In this document: in pieces, positions 63,598 to 64,000 of the stretch
How the letters are laid out: each line of letters opens with the position of its first letter
Numbering within the stretch: the stretch's first letter is position 1
Position numbers and translations under genes: made by a program
The notes under the pieces: generated by a model
What the model was told of the DNA's origin: nothing
Databases searched by the model: none
The model's input: only the letters and a program-made list of their open reading frames with translations
Origin: Oopsacas minuta
Lineage: Eukaryota > Animalia > Porifera
NCBI GenBank assembly: GCA_024704765.1
Contig: JAKMXF010000155.1
Span: 373,810-437,809, forward strand
Direction of reading: 5' to 3'
Length of the DNA: 64,000 bases

Positions 63598-64000
63598 CAG
63601 TGGTTCTCAAACTGGGGTACGCCAGCACTCTTCCTAGGGGTACGCCGGTGTTTCACCTAATCATGTCAATTCTGTAATAATCATACACAAATATTCGAGT
63701 TACACACTATCATGTCAACAGACTCAGCACATAGATAGTTATTTCATGCCAAATAATTAATATGTATCAGTTACAATGGTTTCATCGCTAATTATTATCA
63801 CCCTAGAATATTTATTGTTTGAGGTTATGCTAATTAAGGATTCCATTGTCCGTAATATGTGCTAACTCATATTGATTTGAATATCACACCCACCCGTGTA
63901 TCGCATTGTTCTTATAAAATGGAAATTAGAAGAGTATTTCTTTGAGACCTTGACTTTATCACCAAATTCATATGGAATCTGCTAAGAAACGGAAGTATAA
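63598..64000 (+). mobile_element. 5' end of a second copy of the 4581-6865 Buster hAT family, running off the window
   Basis: Aligns by eye as the reverse complement of ~6480-6865. Starts CAGTGGTTCTCAAAC and is preceded by TTTTAGGC (nnnTAnnn). Confidence 0.88.

Noticed and set aside
1-64000. Fanzor/TnpB or other RNA-guided nuclease cargo in the Tc1/mariner elements
   Set aside because: All Tc1/mariner/maT elements are 1.3-1.8 kb of own sequence with a single transposase. I recognised no RuvC-plus-zinc-finger ORF in the track.
1-64000. Uni-strand (flamenco-like) orientation bias of the elements
   Set aside because: My count is roughly 14 minus to 9 plus, which is not a convincing bias.

Overview
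AT-rich eukaryotic (animal-like) DNA made almost entirely of nested transposable elements. I found no host gene, rRNA, tRNA or CRISPR array. The standout is a complete RAG1-like/Transib transposon at 6988-10362. Both ends begin with the exact V(D)J RSS heptamer (12-bp TIR CACAGTGGCTTA) and are flanked by a perfect 5-bp TSD (TCCTG). It encodes a ~720-aa RAG1-core-like transposase, broken only by three 1-nt frameshifts, with a DDE triad, a CxxC/HxxxxH zinc site and a C-terminal Cx2Cx3GH tail. It carries no RAG2-like gene. A second, non-autonomous CACAGTG-ended element with a 5-bp TSD lies at 16743-17664. The rest comprises a CR1/L2-like LINE holding three nested DNA transposons, several hATs and hAT-type MITEs, three Chapaev3 copies, five DD37D maT copies (one with an intact ORF), Tc1, two DD34D mariners, Merlin, two THAP/P elements, MULE/foldback elements, a NOF-like remnant with an OTU-protease domain, a LINE fragment with a 2A-like peptide, and gypsy-like debris. 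All family calls come from motif recognition by eye; no database searches were run.
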